Positions 10,083 through 19,174 of a stretch of 64,000 nucleotides of DNA are shown piece after piece (within the stretch, counting starts at the first letter, position 1; every line of letters begins with the position of its first letter). The notes under the pieces were generated by a model, which saw only the letters and a list, made by a program, of their open reading frames with translations, was not told the DNA's origin and searched no databases. The DNA lies in the IMG/VR virus record IMGVR_UViG_3300017917_000400, positions 32,001 to 96,000 of that record. The stretch is one strand, 5' to 3'. Source of the stretch: a virus. Made by a program: the position numbers and the translations under genes.

Positions 10083-10826
10083 TTAACGGTCAAAACCGTG
10101 GATTACAGTAACAGGCTTACCGTAGGGAACTGCGCTGGTAAATTCAACAAAGCGACCATCTCTAGTTACTGTAATAGAAACAGTTCCTGTGCCAACGGCA
10201 TTATCAGTAACAGTTAAACTTACACCCGGTATAACACCTGTAACTGTTCCCGATACGCCAGTACCAGACACTGTAGCGCCTATCATACTGTCAGTTGCTT
10301 CACTAGTAATTAGTGTAGGATTTCCGTTTGTCTTTGCCACGGATATAGTACTAACAGGATTATCTGCCAGTGTATAGTTTGTTGTTGATATTTGAAAAAC
10401 GTTTTCAATAAGCACAACAATATTTTGAGGATTTAATAGTTCTGGATATGGGTAATCTGTGTTGCCAGAGTCTAAAGGACCAAAGTAGATTTCGGCAGCA
10501 TCTCCGTTACCTAAATTTTGCTGTTTAATCAATACTGGTTCTTTATATCTAATTCTTCTCCATGCTTCTGCTACAGGCAATCCGGTAGCAGGATCTAAGC
10601 CACCACCTTGACGCACTTCAAATTCTTGATCGTCTGTGTTGTATCGCATGTGTCCAACTTTTGGACTAGTAATAGTTCCCACTTCGCCTGGACGATTTAC
10701 TGTAGGGCCATTAGGTATTAATACTGCATTTAAAGTATCCAACAAAACTTCATCTGTAATTTCAACAGCAATTCGATTGTCTTTGACATTACGATAATTT
10801 AATTGATTACGTTTTAAAAATTTCAT
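10083..10826 (-). CDS. Virion structural/fibre-associated protein
   Basis: True start probably ATG at 10826 (MKFLKRNQ), TAATG overlap with the upstream stop; GPTVNRP...GHMRYN motif shared with the fibres. Confidence 0.7.
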   Translation of the reverse strand: MKFLKRNQLNYRNVKDNRIAVEITDEVLLDTLNAVLIPNGPTVNRPGEVGTITSPKVGHMRYNTDDQEFEVRQGGGLDPATGLPVAEAWRRIRYKEPVLIKQQNLGNGDAAEIYFGPLDSGNTDYPYPELLNPQNIVVLIENVFQISTTNYTLADNPVSTISVAKTNGNPTLITSEATDSMIGATVSGTGVSGTVTGVIPGVSLTVTDNAVGTGTVSITVTRDGRFVEFTSAVPYGKPVTVIHGFDR

Positions 10827-11164
10827 TAACTTACTCTCATCGCTGTTACAGATACGCTTAATCTTGTATTTGCACTGGCTTCTGCCCAAACTCTTTCACC
10901 TGTGGCTAACACTAATTTTTCTGTATCAAATGTAAATGTTTCACCTGCAGGTATAGTTAGTTCGTGTATAATTTTAGTTGTGTTAGATATTGTTGCTGGA
11001 AGAGGTGCTAACAGATATAAATCCAATGTTACATCATTAGTTGGATCATAGTTACAGAACATCATACAAGTAACAGCGTATTCTCTGTCGTCTGATCCAA
11101 TAGTGCCGGGAGCAGTATAAATCGCTAGTCCCGCAGTTGTTACTAAGTTACTTGTGATTGCCAT
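10826..11164 (-). CDS. Small beta-rich virion protein, paralog of 1925-2254
   Basis: 112 aa; AAGGA SD; EKLVL motif. Confidence 0.7.
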   Translation of the reverse strand: MAITSNLVTTAGLAIYTAPGTIGSDDREYAVTCMMFCNYDPTNDVTLDLYLLAPLPATISNTTKIIHELTIPAGETFTFDTEKLVLATGERVWAEASANTRLSVSVTAMRVS

Positions 11165-11173
11165 TTTTTATCC

Positions 11174-12190
11174 TTAAAATATCATGCTATAAGCAAGAGC
11201 TTTACGTCTACTTATAAGCTCGTCTTTGGTGTTTTCTGTATTTACAAAATACAATCCGGTGCCACCTTGTGCTTCGGCTTTAGCATACATTTTAACACCG
11301 TTTGCTACACTTGCCGGATCTGTGGCTTGTACGTATAATTTAAAATGATCGTCTACTCCCACGCATCCGGTACCATCACTGCGTAATACTAAATCTTCAT
11401 TACTTAATCTACTTTCAATTGTAGCATTATAAAATTTTAAATCTTGTACTTCAAAACGATCTGTAAAGAAAGCCGCATTGACAACATTGTCTAATGTTAA
11501 TGTAAGATTACTCGGACCACCGTCTGCTTCAAAATCACTAATTTCTAAATAAGAATCATATAACACAGTAGTACCGCCAATAATAGCACTGTCCTGAATC
11601 TTATATGGAGGATTTAACGTAAAATAATTTCCAACATAGTCAATAACTGCTTTAATGTTAGGTATAATGTCTGGATCAATTGCTGGCAGTCCTGGAGCAG
11701 TATAATCTAGAACTTGTTCTTCGTAGTTAACTGTACCAGTTACATTAACTACTGCTGTGCCGACACCGATTAAATTTAAATCATATCCGTTGGTTGTAAT
11801 AGAGTTAGTCTGCAACCCCATAAGTTCATCGTTTTCATTTCTTAAAACAAATAAACCACTGCGTGTTTCGCCGATCTGAGTGTCATTCCAACTTCTGGCT
11901 TCATCAAATAATAAAAATGCATCCGGTCTTGACCCTCTACTGATCTGTATACCAGAACTGCCTGCTCCGCCGGGAGCAATACCGGCACCAACTTCTCCTC
12001 TGTTTAATAAAATAATTTTATCTTCTATTTCAACGTTGGCTGTTTGTATGCTGGTGGTATTACCTAAGACTGTTAGGTCTCCTGTTATAAGAACCGTACC
12101 AATTTGATCTCCGGTGTTTAGAGTAATCGTTCCGCCAGAGTTAACTGATAATTTATAGGCTGTATCCTGTACTTTTACTATTCTTGCCAT
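11174..12190 (-). CDS. Virion structural/fibre protein
   Basis: ITGDLTVLGNTTSIQTANVEIEDKIILLN resembles the segment in 53405-55258; hydrophobic C-terminal helix. Confidence 0.7.
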   Translation of the reverse strand: MARIVKVQDTAYKLSVNSGGTITLNTGDQIGTVLITGDLTVLGNTTSIQTANVEIEDKIILLNRGEVGAGIAPGGAGSSGIQISRGSRPDAFLLFDEARSWNDTQIGETRSGLFVLRNENDELMGLQTNSITTNGYDLNLIGVGTAVVNVTGTVNYEEQVLDYTAPGLPAIDPDIIPNIKAVIDYVGNYFTLNPPYKIQDSAIIGGTTVLYDSYLEISDFEADGGPSNLTLTLDNVVNAAFFTDRFEVQDLKFYNATIESRLSNEDLVLRSDGTGCVGVDDHFKLYVQATDPASVANGVKMYAKAEAQGGTGLYFVNTENTKDELISRRKALAYSMIF

Positions 12191-12202
12191 TTATAATCCT
12201 TA

Positions 12203-12224
12203 ATAAGGGACCTAAGTCCCTTAT
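12203..12224 (-). terminator. Intergenic hairpin (weak terminator or stabiliser)
   Basis: ATAAGGGAC-TTAG-GTCCCTTAT, 9-bp stem; lacks a long U tract. Confidence 0.5.
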
Positions 12225-12225
12225 A

Positions 12226-12648
12226 TTATACTGCAATTAAAACTAATACGTCTGCTGACGAATCGTTATCTAAGTACCACTTGTACTTGTTACCGCTGAA
12301 GTCATATGCAAGACGCTTAGTTAGTTTAGCAATAGCAATATCTCCAGGTGTTTGACCTGTTGTAGAACCAAGGATGCGAATTTCTCCGTTGGCTGCTGGC
12401 TCGCCGGAAACTAGTTTACCTGTTTTTAAATTAGTACCAGTAATAGAACTAATGCTTTCTGCTTCTGTAAATGCATCTGTAGAAGTCTTTAGAACAACGT
12501 ATGTGCTTTTACCACGTTGCTTAACAATTTGATAGTCACTGGCTAGTGAGCCGCCAAAGTAACCTTGAACTACGATGCCTGCTTGTGATGTTGTAAATGA
12601 ACGGGTAACTTTAGTACCGTATACATCTTTCTTTAATGGACGTCCCAT
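12226..12648 (-). CDS. Hypothetical virion protein directly downstream of the capsid gene (decoration candidate)
   Basis: 140 aa; strong AAGGAG SD; own late promoter. Confidence 0.7.
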   Translation of the reverse strand: MGRPLKKDVYGTKVTRSFTTSQAGIVVQGYFGGSLASDYQIVKQRGKSTYVVLKTSTDAFTEAESISSITGTNLKTGKLVSGEPAANGEIRILGSTTGQTPGDIAIAKLTKRLAYDFSGNKYKWYLDNDSSADVLVLIAV

Positions 12649-12659
12649 TTGTTTTCTCC

Positions 12660-12730
12660 TTATGTTGACGTTTTAGGTCTACGCAGAGGGATTCTGCATA
12701 AGTTCGCTACTGCGAATATAATTTAGACAT
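12660..12730 (-). ncRNA. Candidate three-way-junction 5' leader RNA
   Basis: GUCU/AGAC closing stem enclosing UUCGC-AGUA-GCGAA and AUGCAGA-AUCCC-UCUGCGU (G-U pair works on the minus strand). Confidence 0.4.
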
Positions 12731-12732
12731 TG

Positions 12733-12738
12733 TATTTA
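12733..12738 (-). promoter_or_regulatory. Late promoter TAAATA (CGGCTAAATA)
   Basis: Directly after the capsid terminator. Confidence 0.65.
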
Positions 12739-12743
12739 GCCGC

Positions 12744-12776
12744 AAAAGAAAAAGGACTCCGAAGAGTCCTTTTCTT
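12744..12776 (-). terminator. Rho-independent terminator after the major capsid gene
   Basis: AAAAGGACTC-TTCG-GAGTCCTTTTTCTTTT; cUUCGg tetraloop typical of T4-like phages. Confidence 0.9.
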
Positions 12777-12799
12777 AGTTCTAATTTAAGTAATGTTGA

Positions 12800-13966
12800 T
12801 TACTGGAATGTAGCATTAGAAATGCTTACAGTTCCTAGGTAGTCAGCGGCATTACCTAAAGAGCTTGCTGTGTTGCTTAGTTCAACATAACCATAACGTG
12901 TCATGAATGATACGACTGGTTCAAATGTTGCTGGATCTAACACAACGCCAGAGCTCATTAGAGGAATGTATGGGCAATAGAATGCTGCCGCATCACTCTC
13001 GCTTGAACCTTTGTAGCCAACTAAAACGTCTGCATTGTCGGCTGCGTATGTGTTTACATACACCTTCATTGCATTGTTTAGTGTACCAACAAACTTAGTA
13101 TTTGTTGGGGCTTCAAATGTACCTTCTGTTGTACGAGCAAATGCAGAAGTAGTTGCGCTTTGTAGAATTGTCAAAGCGTATGGGCTAACAACTGCCCAGT
13201 TACCTGCACCACGACGTGTACGCTGAGCGATAACGTTTGCGGCACGGTTGATTAGAACTGCCAATGCGGCATGCTCGTCACCAACGAATGTTGCTGTACC
13301 AGATACTGTTGCCTGGTCAAATGCTTGGTTGTTACCGTTAGAACCTGCAAGAGTTGCTAGGGAACCTAGAACTTCTTGGTCGATTTCAGCAGTAATTTCT
13401 TGAGCCAAAGCAGCCATGATTTCTGCTTCGATGTCAATACCTTGTTGGGCTTGTGCATCTTGTGCAGCCTCGAATGTCCAACGTGCAGACAATTTACGAG
13501 TTTTGGCTTCAACTGTTTGTTTCAAGATTTGAATGCTCATCTTCTTACCAGCAACACCTTCTAGTGCGGCTGTAGCGGCAGCGCGAGCTGTGCTAGATGA
13601 TGAGTTAGCAGAATAACCCTGAGCGATTGCAAATGGGCTTAATGCTTCTGTACCAGCGGCAAATTCACCAGCCTCTGCGTAACGAACACGTAGAGTATGG
13701 ATTTGACCAACTGGACCAGTCATTGGTTGTACACCAACCAACTCGTTAGCAATAACGGTTGGCATAACACGACGGATCACTGGGAGGATCACGCGGTTAA
13801 GGGTTGCGACGTTACCGGCAGAAGTAGCACCTGCGCTTGCACTTTCAGAAAGATACTTACGAGTATTCTCTAAAGTAACTCCCATGTTTGTGCGCTTGGT
13901 ACCTTGAAGGCCTTCTAATAGTGCCTCTTTAGTTTCTTGCCAGCGGCTTTCTAGTAGTTCTGACAT
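12800..13966 (-). CDS. gp23: Major capsid protein (T4 gp23-like)
   Basis: LPVIRRVMP..IANELVGVQPMTGPVGQI; VEAKTRKLSARWTFEAAQD; EITAEID; AFYCPYIPL; FEPVVSFMTRYG. Confidence 0.97.
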   Translation of the reverse strand: MSELLESRWQETKEALLEGLQGTKRTNMGVTLENTRKYLSESASAGATSAGNVATLNRVILPVIRRVMPTVIANELVGVQPMTGPVGQIHTLRVRYAEAGEFAAGTEALSPFAIAQGYSANSSSSTARAAATAALEGVAGKKMSIQILKQTVEAKTRKLSARWTFEAAQDAQAQQGIDIEAEIMAALAQEITAEIDQEVLGSLATLAGSNGNNQAFDQATVSGTATFVGDEHAALAVLINRAANVIAQRTRRGAGNWAVVSPYALTILQSATTSAFARTTEGTFEAPTNTKFVGTLNNAMKVYVNTYAADNADVLVGYKGSSESDAAAFYCPYIPLMSSGVVLDPATFEPVVSFMTRYGYVELSNTASSLGNAADYLGTVSISNATFQ

Positions 13967-13977
13967 TTAAATTCTCC

Positions 13978-15069
13978 TTATTTTATTCCAGCAAGGCGAC
14001 GAATATCAATGACTTCCGCCTGGCTTGTAGCACTACTAATGCTATGAGTTTCTTTATTGCCTGTTATTTCTTTTGCCTCGACAAGTGCCTTCTTCTTCTC
14101 CGGTGTGCTGCCACTCAAAACTGCTGGTAGGTACTTGTCAAAACTAGTACGTAGTTTTGCAGTTTGCACACTTTCTAGTAACTCGCTCATAATTTCTTTT
14201 TGGTCCTTAGATAAAGGATTTAGAAGTTCACTCATTACTTCTTTACGCTCAGCAGTTTCTTGTGCGCGAGCAACTTCTTGCTCTTTGCTTTCAACTAACT
14301 GTTGCTTCTCAGAAATAATGCTCTGTGCTTCTGCGAGTTTTTGATCTTTTTCTGCAATTACCTTTAGAAGTTTACTAGTCTCACTCTTTTCATTGTGTAG
14401 ACTATTTTGGTATTCTGTGGTAAATGCTTCAAAAATCTTGCGACCAAAGTCGTTTTGACGAGCTTGGTCAATATCTTCTTTAAGTTGATTAATTTCTGTT
14501 TCAAGACTTTGTTTAACAGTAGATTCAACAAGTTCTGCTGAAGTCTTGATAAATTTGCTCTTAAGTTGAGCAAATTGTTCTTTTGCTTCTTTGATAAGAC
14601 GAACTTTGGTTTCTGCCAAATCTTTCTTATCTTCGTAAAAGTCTGCAATTTCCTTCGCCAATGCTTCAACGATAAACTGCTCTAACTTAGCGAAATTCTC
14701 AGCCATGACTTTCTGATCTTCGTGAAGTTCAGAAATTTCGTTAGCCAATGAATGTAATACGAACTCGTTTAGTTTGCTTGAGTGTTCGCGAATAGCCACA
14801 GCATAGCGAGCTTTTGCTTCTGCTAACTGTGTACGATCTTCTGCAAATTCTTGGATTTCGATTGACAAACGATCTTCGATCATTGCATCAATTGCTTCGA
14901 TCATTGTTTGTTTGTCGTGTTCGTATTTTTGTGCGAATTCTTCGCGTAGTTGTTGAGTAGCCTGTTCGCGGTTTTCAGCGATTTTGGCATTCCAAGCAGA
15001 TTCGATGTCTGCTTTGATTTCCTCGGAAATCACATTGTTCTCGAATAATGATTTAAGTGCATCCAACAT
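13978..15069 (-). CDS. gp22: Prohead core scaffold (gp22-like)
   Basis: Acidic coiled coil between the protease and capsid genes. Confidence 0.8.
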   Translation of the reverse strand: MLDALKSLFENNVISEEIKADIESAWNAKIAENREQATQQLREEFAQKYEHDKQTMIEAIDAMIEDRLSIEIQEFAEDRTQLAEAKARYAVAIREHSSKLNEFVLHSLANEISELHEDQKVMAENFAKLEQFIVEALAKEIADFYEDKKDLAETKVRLIKEAKEQFAQLKSKFIKTSAELVESTVKQSLETEINQLKEDIDQARQNDFGRKIFEAFTTEYQNSLHNEKSETSKLLKVIAEKDQKLAEAQSIISEKQQLVESKEQEVARAQETAERKEVMSELLNPLSKDQKEIMSELLESVQTAKLRTSFDKYLPAVLSGSTPEKKKALVEAKEITGNKETHSISSATSQAEVIDIRRLAGIK

Positions 15070-15081
15070 TGTGATTCTCCC

Positions 15082-15717
15082 TTATGATTGGAGTCCACCT
15101 ATTATTTTTAATAGGCTTTCTTTTAAGTATTGCTGTGCCTTTTTATCGCCTTGTACTTCTTGAGCTATTCTAAATGCCTGGTTACCGCCCCTGGTATTCA
15201 TGAGATGCTCATAAATTGGTGTTGGATATGCACCTGGGGCTGATGGTTGAGCTACTACATCAACTGTAATAATCTCGAAATCGCTCACTTCACCGGAACC
15301 GTCTTCTTTGACGTTTCCGGATCCGCGACTACTAACTCCTAACTTAACACCCGATTCCAACATAGTTTTCACTAATTGTCCCATTGGGGTTGGAAGAATT
15401 TTAAGTTTTCCATAACCGTTTGGACCATCCATCCACATTTCTGTGATCATATGGCTTACACGATCTAGATTAATTTTTAGGTCATCTGGATGATCTACTT
15501 CGCCGAGAATTGAATATCCGCCTTCTTTCTGGTCGTTTAGTGTTTTGACAGCCCTTGCGATTTCGCTCACAGGATACACACGCTGATTTGCGTTACGGAT
15601 ACCACCTTGGATAAAAATACCTTTCATGTAAAGATTTTTACCGTCAGTGCCTTCCGACTCCACAACCATCCGGGCTTGATCGAATGTTAAATTCTCTCTT
15701 AAGTAAAGATTACTCAT
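15082..15717 (-). CDS. gp21: Prohead protease (gp21-like)
   Basis: GIFIQ..RNANQRVYP; LGEVDHP; ILPTPMG; LGVSSRGSG; DVVAQPSAPGA. Confidence 0.95.
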   Translation of the reverse strand: MSNLYLRENLTFDQARMVVESEGTDGKNLYMKGIFIQGGIRNANQRVYPVSEIARAVKTLNDQKEGGYSILGEVDHPDDLKINLDRVSHMITEMWMDGPNGYGKLKILPTPMGQLVKTMLESGVKLGVSSRGSGNVKEDGSGEVSDFEIITVDVVAQPSAPGAYPTPIYEHLMNTRGGNQAFRIAQEVQGDKKAQQYLKESLLKIIGGLQS

Positions 15718-15739
15718 CTAGTTAGACCCTATATTAATC

Positions 15740-16510
15740 TTACTTGCTACCAATAATGCTTTTAGTAGCGGCACCGCTTTCGGCGGAACCTTTCTTCTCT
15801 GCGCCATGACCTTTCGCTACGCTACTTAGTTTTGTCGCATTTTTTGAACCTGGTGTATTAACATTACCAGAATTCAAATCCTTTGTTGCTGGGTTTAATA
15901 AACCGCCTTTAGTACCTTCGCCTTTGCTTTCTCCGCCTTTAGCGATGTTAGCAGTTGTACCACCCATATCGTTCTTACCGGCTACAACAGATTTTTTGTT
16001 GTCACCGTCGTCACCCATTTTTGGTGAACCAACTTTTTCTACATATTCTACAACGAAGTCTTCTTTAGTTTCTTCTTCGCCTTCTTCACCTGCTGGCTCT
16101 TCTGGACCTTCTTCGGCACCACCTGCTGGGATTTCTTCACCCTTGTCACCGCCCATCATTTGTTCAAATTCTGCGGTTAATGCATCAATGATGTCTTGTT
16201 TCATTAGGTCTAGGTCGCCTACAGTTGCTGGCTCTTCATCGCCACCTTCCATGTCGCCCATATCGTCCATACCGCCTTCATCGTCGTCGGCTTCAATATC
16301 ACCTAGTAGGTCGTCTGCTGGCTCGTCTGCGGCTTCTAAACCTAGATCTTCTTCTGTTGGTTGATCAAATGTTAGATCATCGTCTAACAAATTTTCATAA
16401 ATTTCGCGAGATTTTGCTACCACTAATTCGTGGAACAATTCTTCGGCTTTTTGTTTGTCTTCATTAATTAGATATTCAAGCATCTGCTCGAACTTTGCGC
16501 GATCAGTCAT
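15740..16510 (-). CDS. Acidic prohead core-like protein (gp67/68 position)
   Basis: D/E-rich low-complexity middle and K/G-rich tail; upstream of gp21. Confidence 0.65.
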   Translation of the reverse strand: MTDRAKFEQMLEYLINEDKQKAEELFHELVVAKSREIYENLLDDDLTFDQPTEEDLGLEAADEPADDLLGDIEADDDEGGMDDMGDMEGGDEEPATVGDLDLMKQDIIDALTAEFEQMMGGDKGEEIPAGGAEEGPEEPAGEEGEEETKEDFVVEYVEKVGSPKMGDDGDNKKSVVAGKNDMGGTTANIAKGGESKGEGTKGGLLNPATKDLNSGNVNTPGSKNATKLSSVAKGHGAEKKGSAESGAATKSIIGSK

Positions 16511-16560
16511 GTTATTCTCCTATAAGTTGTGGGGCAATTCTGCCCGCAAGGCTGTCGATG

Positions 16561-16566
16561 TATTTA
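16561..16566 (-). promoter_or_regulatory. Late promoter TAAATA for the head operon
   Basis: Follows a terminator; a leader hairpin lies at ~16527-16549. Confidence 0.6.
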
Positions 16567-16576
16567 ATATGCACAT

Positions 16577-16600
16577 AAAAAAAACCGGTATAAACCGGTT
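16577..16600 (-). terminator. Rho-independent terminator
   Basis: AACCGGT-TTAT-ACCGGTT followed by a T run on the minus strand. Confidence 0.7.
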
Positions 16601-16614
16601 CAAAATACGAAATT

Positions 16615-17190
16615 TTAATAAAATATTACAGATTTAAACTCATCATAAGTGAGTGTACTGTAGTTTTCATATTTCTTCCAACCAAACTCAATACTACCTG
16701 GTTCAGTTACTCTAATGTATTTAGTATTAGGAAATTCTTTTATAACACTTTCGGTCTGTCTTTGCCAGTTTCCGTGAAAGGTTGCAGGTTCTACACTGCG
16801 TCTATAATTGTGTGTATCAGCATAGACATTGTTTAATTTGTTATTAATTCCAACATAATCAAAACCTAAAATATAGATAGTTTCATAACCGTGTGTGCTG
16901 GCTAACCATAGTGCTGTTGGGCCACTACTCCAACCTTTACTTGGTTCAAAAAAGTTTAATCCGTGGATATTTTTTATTTTTGTATTGAGATTAGTGTACA
17001 CAGGAATACGTCTGTGTACTGCATTATCTGTTAATTCTAGAACCATTTTTGGATCTACAGCCACAAGATAATCCGGGTCGCAGTCCCTATATAGTGCGTT
17101 ACAACCGTATAATTTTCCTAGAGATTTTAATCTATTAGGCTCAACGGCCATACGGCTACGTCCGTTGCCTAATACAAAGGCGTGATTCAT
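16615..17190 (-). CDS. Sialyltransferase/MAF(DUF115)/MptE-like Rossmann-fold protein
   Basis: AFVLGNGRS, YGCNA, DYLVAVD, SSGPTA, IYILGFD motifs. Confidence 0.55.
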   Translation of the reverse strand: MNHAFVLGNGRSRMAVEPNRLKSLGKLYGCNALYRDCDPDYLVAVDPKMVLELTDNAVHRRIPVYTNLNTKIKNIHGLNFFEPSKGWSSGPTALWLASTHGYETIYILGFDYVGINNKLNNVYADTHNYRRSVEPATFHGNWQRQTESVIKEFPNTKYIRVTEPGSIEFGWKKYENYSTLTYDEFKSVIFY

Positions 17191-17201
17191 GTATTAATTT
17201 A

Positions 17202-17441
17202 TCAAGCGGCTGGGGGAGGGGCCGCGTACATTCGAGCAATAAATTCTAGCTCTGCTTGAGTTTCTTTGATGTGTTGATCTGATGCTCTACGCAATTCGTT
17301 AATTTGACCTAAGGTCAAACGAGTTTTGCGTGTATCGTCTAAACCGTCAAGACGATCTGTATCACGATCTGCAATATAGTTGTCATCCTGCTCTAATTCA
17401 GCAGTGTCACGATTAAAATAAAATAATTCACGTAGGATCAT
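17202..17441 (-). CDS. Hypothetical protein downstream of portal
   Basis: 79 aa, MILRELF...TRKTRLTLGQINELR. Confidence 0.7.
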   Translation of the reverse strand: MILRELFYFNRDTAELEQDDNYIADRDTDRLDGLDDTRKTRLTLGQINELRRASDQHIKETQAELEFIARMYAAPPPAA

Positions 17442-17449
17442 GATATTAT

Positions 17450-19162
17450 TTATGCTGGAGGTGCGCCTGCCGGAGCGGCTGCTCCTGGTTCTGCTGGTGC
17501 TCCACCTTCTGCACCTGCCTCTGGAGCCATACCTTCTGGTGCTGGTTCTGCACCTGCCATTGCTGAAGCATCAGCGGCGATGCCAGTTGGGCTTACGCCG
17601 GCGGTACGTAATTCGCCTGCGGCATCTTGTGATGTGCTCTTAGCCATACCGCTTTCTTCTTTCCACAGGCGTTCGTTTTCTGCTAGGTCTTCGTCTGTCA
17701 TACCTAGGAATCGTTTTAATGCAAAACGTTTAGCAATAAACGGTAATGCAACTACCTGTGCAAATGTTGAAATGCGCTGATTATCTAACTCTGCTTGACG
17801 ATATGCGGCAAAGTTTTGTGGGCTTTGAAAGCGAATATCAAATAAACTAAAGTCAATGTTTACACCTTTGTTATACAAGAATAATTTAAATTCTGTATCA
17901 AAAGTTTCAATCATTGCTGTTTGCAAACGCTCGCAATATTTGTTAAATCTTAGTTCTTGAATATATGCTGTGCCAACACGACCGTCATTAAATGCGGCTT
18001 GACTGTCATCTGCACCTGTAGGCAAATAACTACTAGGAATACGCAGAGCTCGCATTAGTTTGTTGGTAAAATATTTTAAATCGTCAATCTCGCCCAGGTT
18101 AGTGCCGCCTGGTAATGTTTCAACTTTTGATCCACGACCTTCTGCTGTCTGAGGAAAGAAGTAGTCTTCATTGATAGACAACGGATTATAAGCACTATCG
18201 ATAGCACTGCCACCGCCTGTGCTACTAGGAATACGACGTTGATGAATTTCATTTTTTACTCTTTCAACGAACCCCATGGCTAAGTGGCTAGGCATATTAC
18301 CAACATCAATGTAGAAAATTCTACGCTCTGGAGCACGTTGTATGCGATAGATAATGATCGCATCTTCTAATAATTCTTTTTGTTTATAAACTTTGAATAC
18401 AGATTCTAATAAACTGTTACCAAACGGATAATTGTTATCTAAGCCTTCGCTTAGGCTTAGATGCACTACATGTTTGGCTTCAACTGCAAATTCATTTTGA
18501 CTGCGACTAAATCTTGTACCTGACTGTTGAGGATATGCGCCTGTCATGCCTCGTGCGCCACCGCCACCTTGAACATAGGCAGCACCGCCTGGTTGTACAT
18601 TTTGTGTGTTAGGATTGATCTGTGTTACTACTAGATCTTGTAGATTAATGTTTAAATCACGAATAACATACTGCTCAGGTTTTTTACCTTCGCTTTCGTT
18701 GACGATAATCTTAACTACTTTGCCTGGATCAACGTAGTACCATTTTTGTGTTTCTGGATCTCTAACAAAAAACCCGTCGCCATACTTAAACAAGTTACGT
18801 GCAATACGGAACATTCTTTGATCTAATTTCTGTAGTTTACTCCACTGCTGTAGATATTCTTTTAGAATTTTAACTTCAGAATTAGTTGCTCGATTTCTAA
18901 ATTGTAGAGTAAATGGAGTGCCGTTTTCTTTGTTTTTCTGTGTGCAGAATTCTGCTAGAATGTCCAGTGCGGCATTAACTTCACTGTCCCAGTCCATAGT
19001 ATCGTACTGCATATAACGTTCGACACGATTTGGACTACCAGTGTAGACATCTGGAAGATAAGAACTGTAGTTACTGCGAGCTGGTCCGGGTTTACCGCCA
19101 GCACCAGATATTGGGCTAATATTGCCTGTGGTTACCGGTGAAAAGTGTCTTTTCCAACTCAT
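17450..19162 (-). CDS. gp20: Portal vertex protein (T4 gp20-like)
   Basis: LLEDAIIIYRIQRAPERRIFYIDVGNMP; EDYFFP; GRGSKVETLPGG; DDLKYF..KL.RALRIP; ELRFNKY. Confidence 0.97.
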   Translation of the reverse strand: MSWKRHFSPVTTGNISPISGAGGKPGPARSNYSSYLPDVYTGSPNRVERYMQYDTMDWDSEVNAALDILAEFCTQKNKENGTPFTLQFRNRATNSEVKILKEYLQQWSKLQKLDQRMFRIARNLFKYGDGFFVRDPETQKWYYVDPGKVVKIIVNESEGKKPEQYVIRDLNINLQDLVVTQINPNTQNVQPGGAAYVQGGGGARGMTGAYPQQSGTRFSRSQNEFAVEAKHVVHLSLSEGLDNNYPFGNSLLESVFKVYKQKELLEDAIIIYRIQRAPERRIFYIDVGNMPSHLAMGFVERVKNEIHQRRIPSSTGGGSAIDSAYNPLSINEDYFFPQTAEGRGSKVETLPGGTNLGEIDDLKYFTNKLMRALRIPSSYLPTGADDSQAAFNDGRVGTAYIQELRFNKYCERLQTAMIETFDTEFKLFLYNKGVNIDFSLFDIRFQSPQNFAAYRQAELDNQRISTFAQVVALPFIAKRFALKRFLGMTDEDLAENERLWKEESGMAKSTSQDAAGELRTAGVSPTGIAADASAMAGAEPAPEGMAPEAGAEGGAPAEPGAAAPAGAPPA

Positions 19163-19174
19163 TATTAATTCCTA

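Noticed and set aside
10827-10889. N-terminal extension of the 268-aa ORF (and the 10042 start of the 1145-aa ORF)
   Set aside because: Better starts exist: ATG 10826 with TAATG coupling, and ATG 10027 with a GGAG SD
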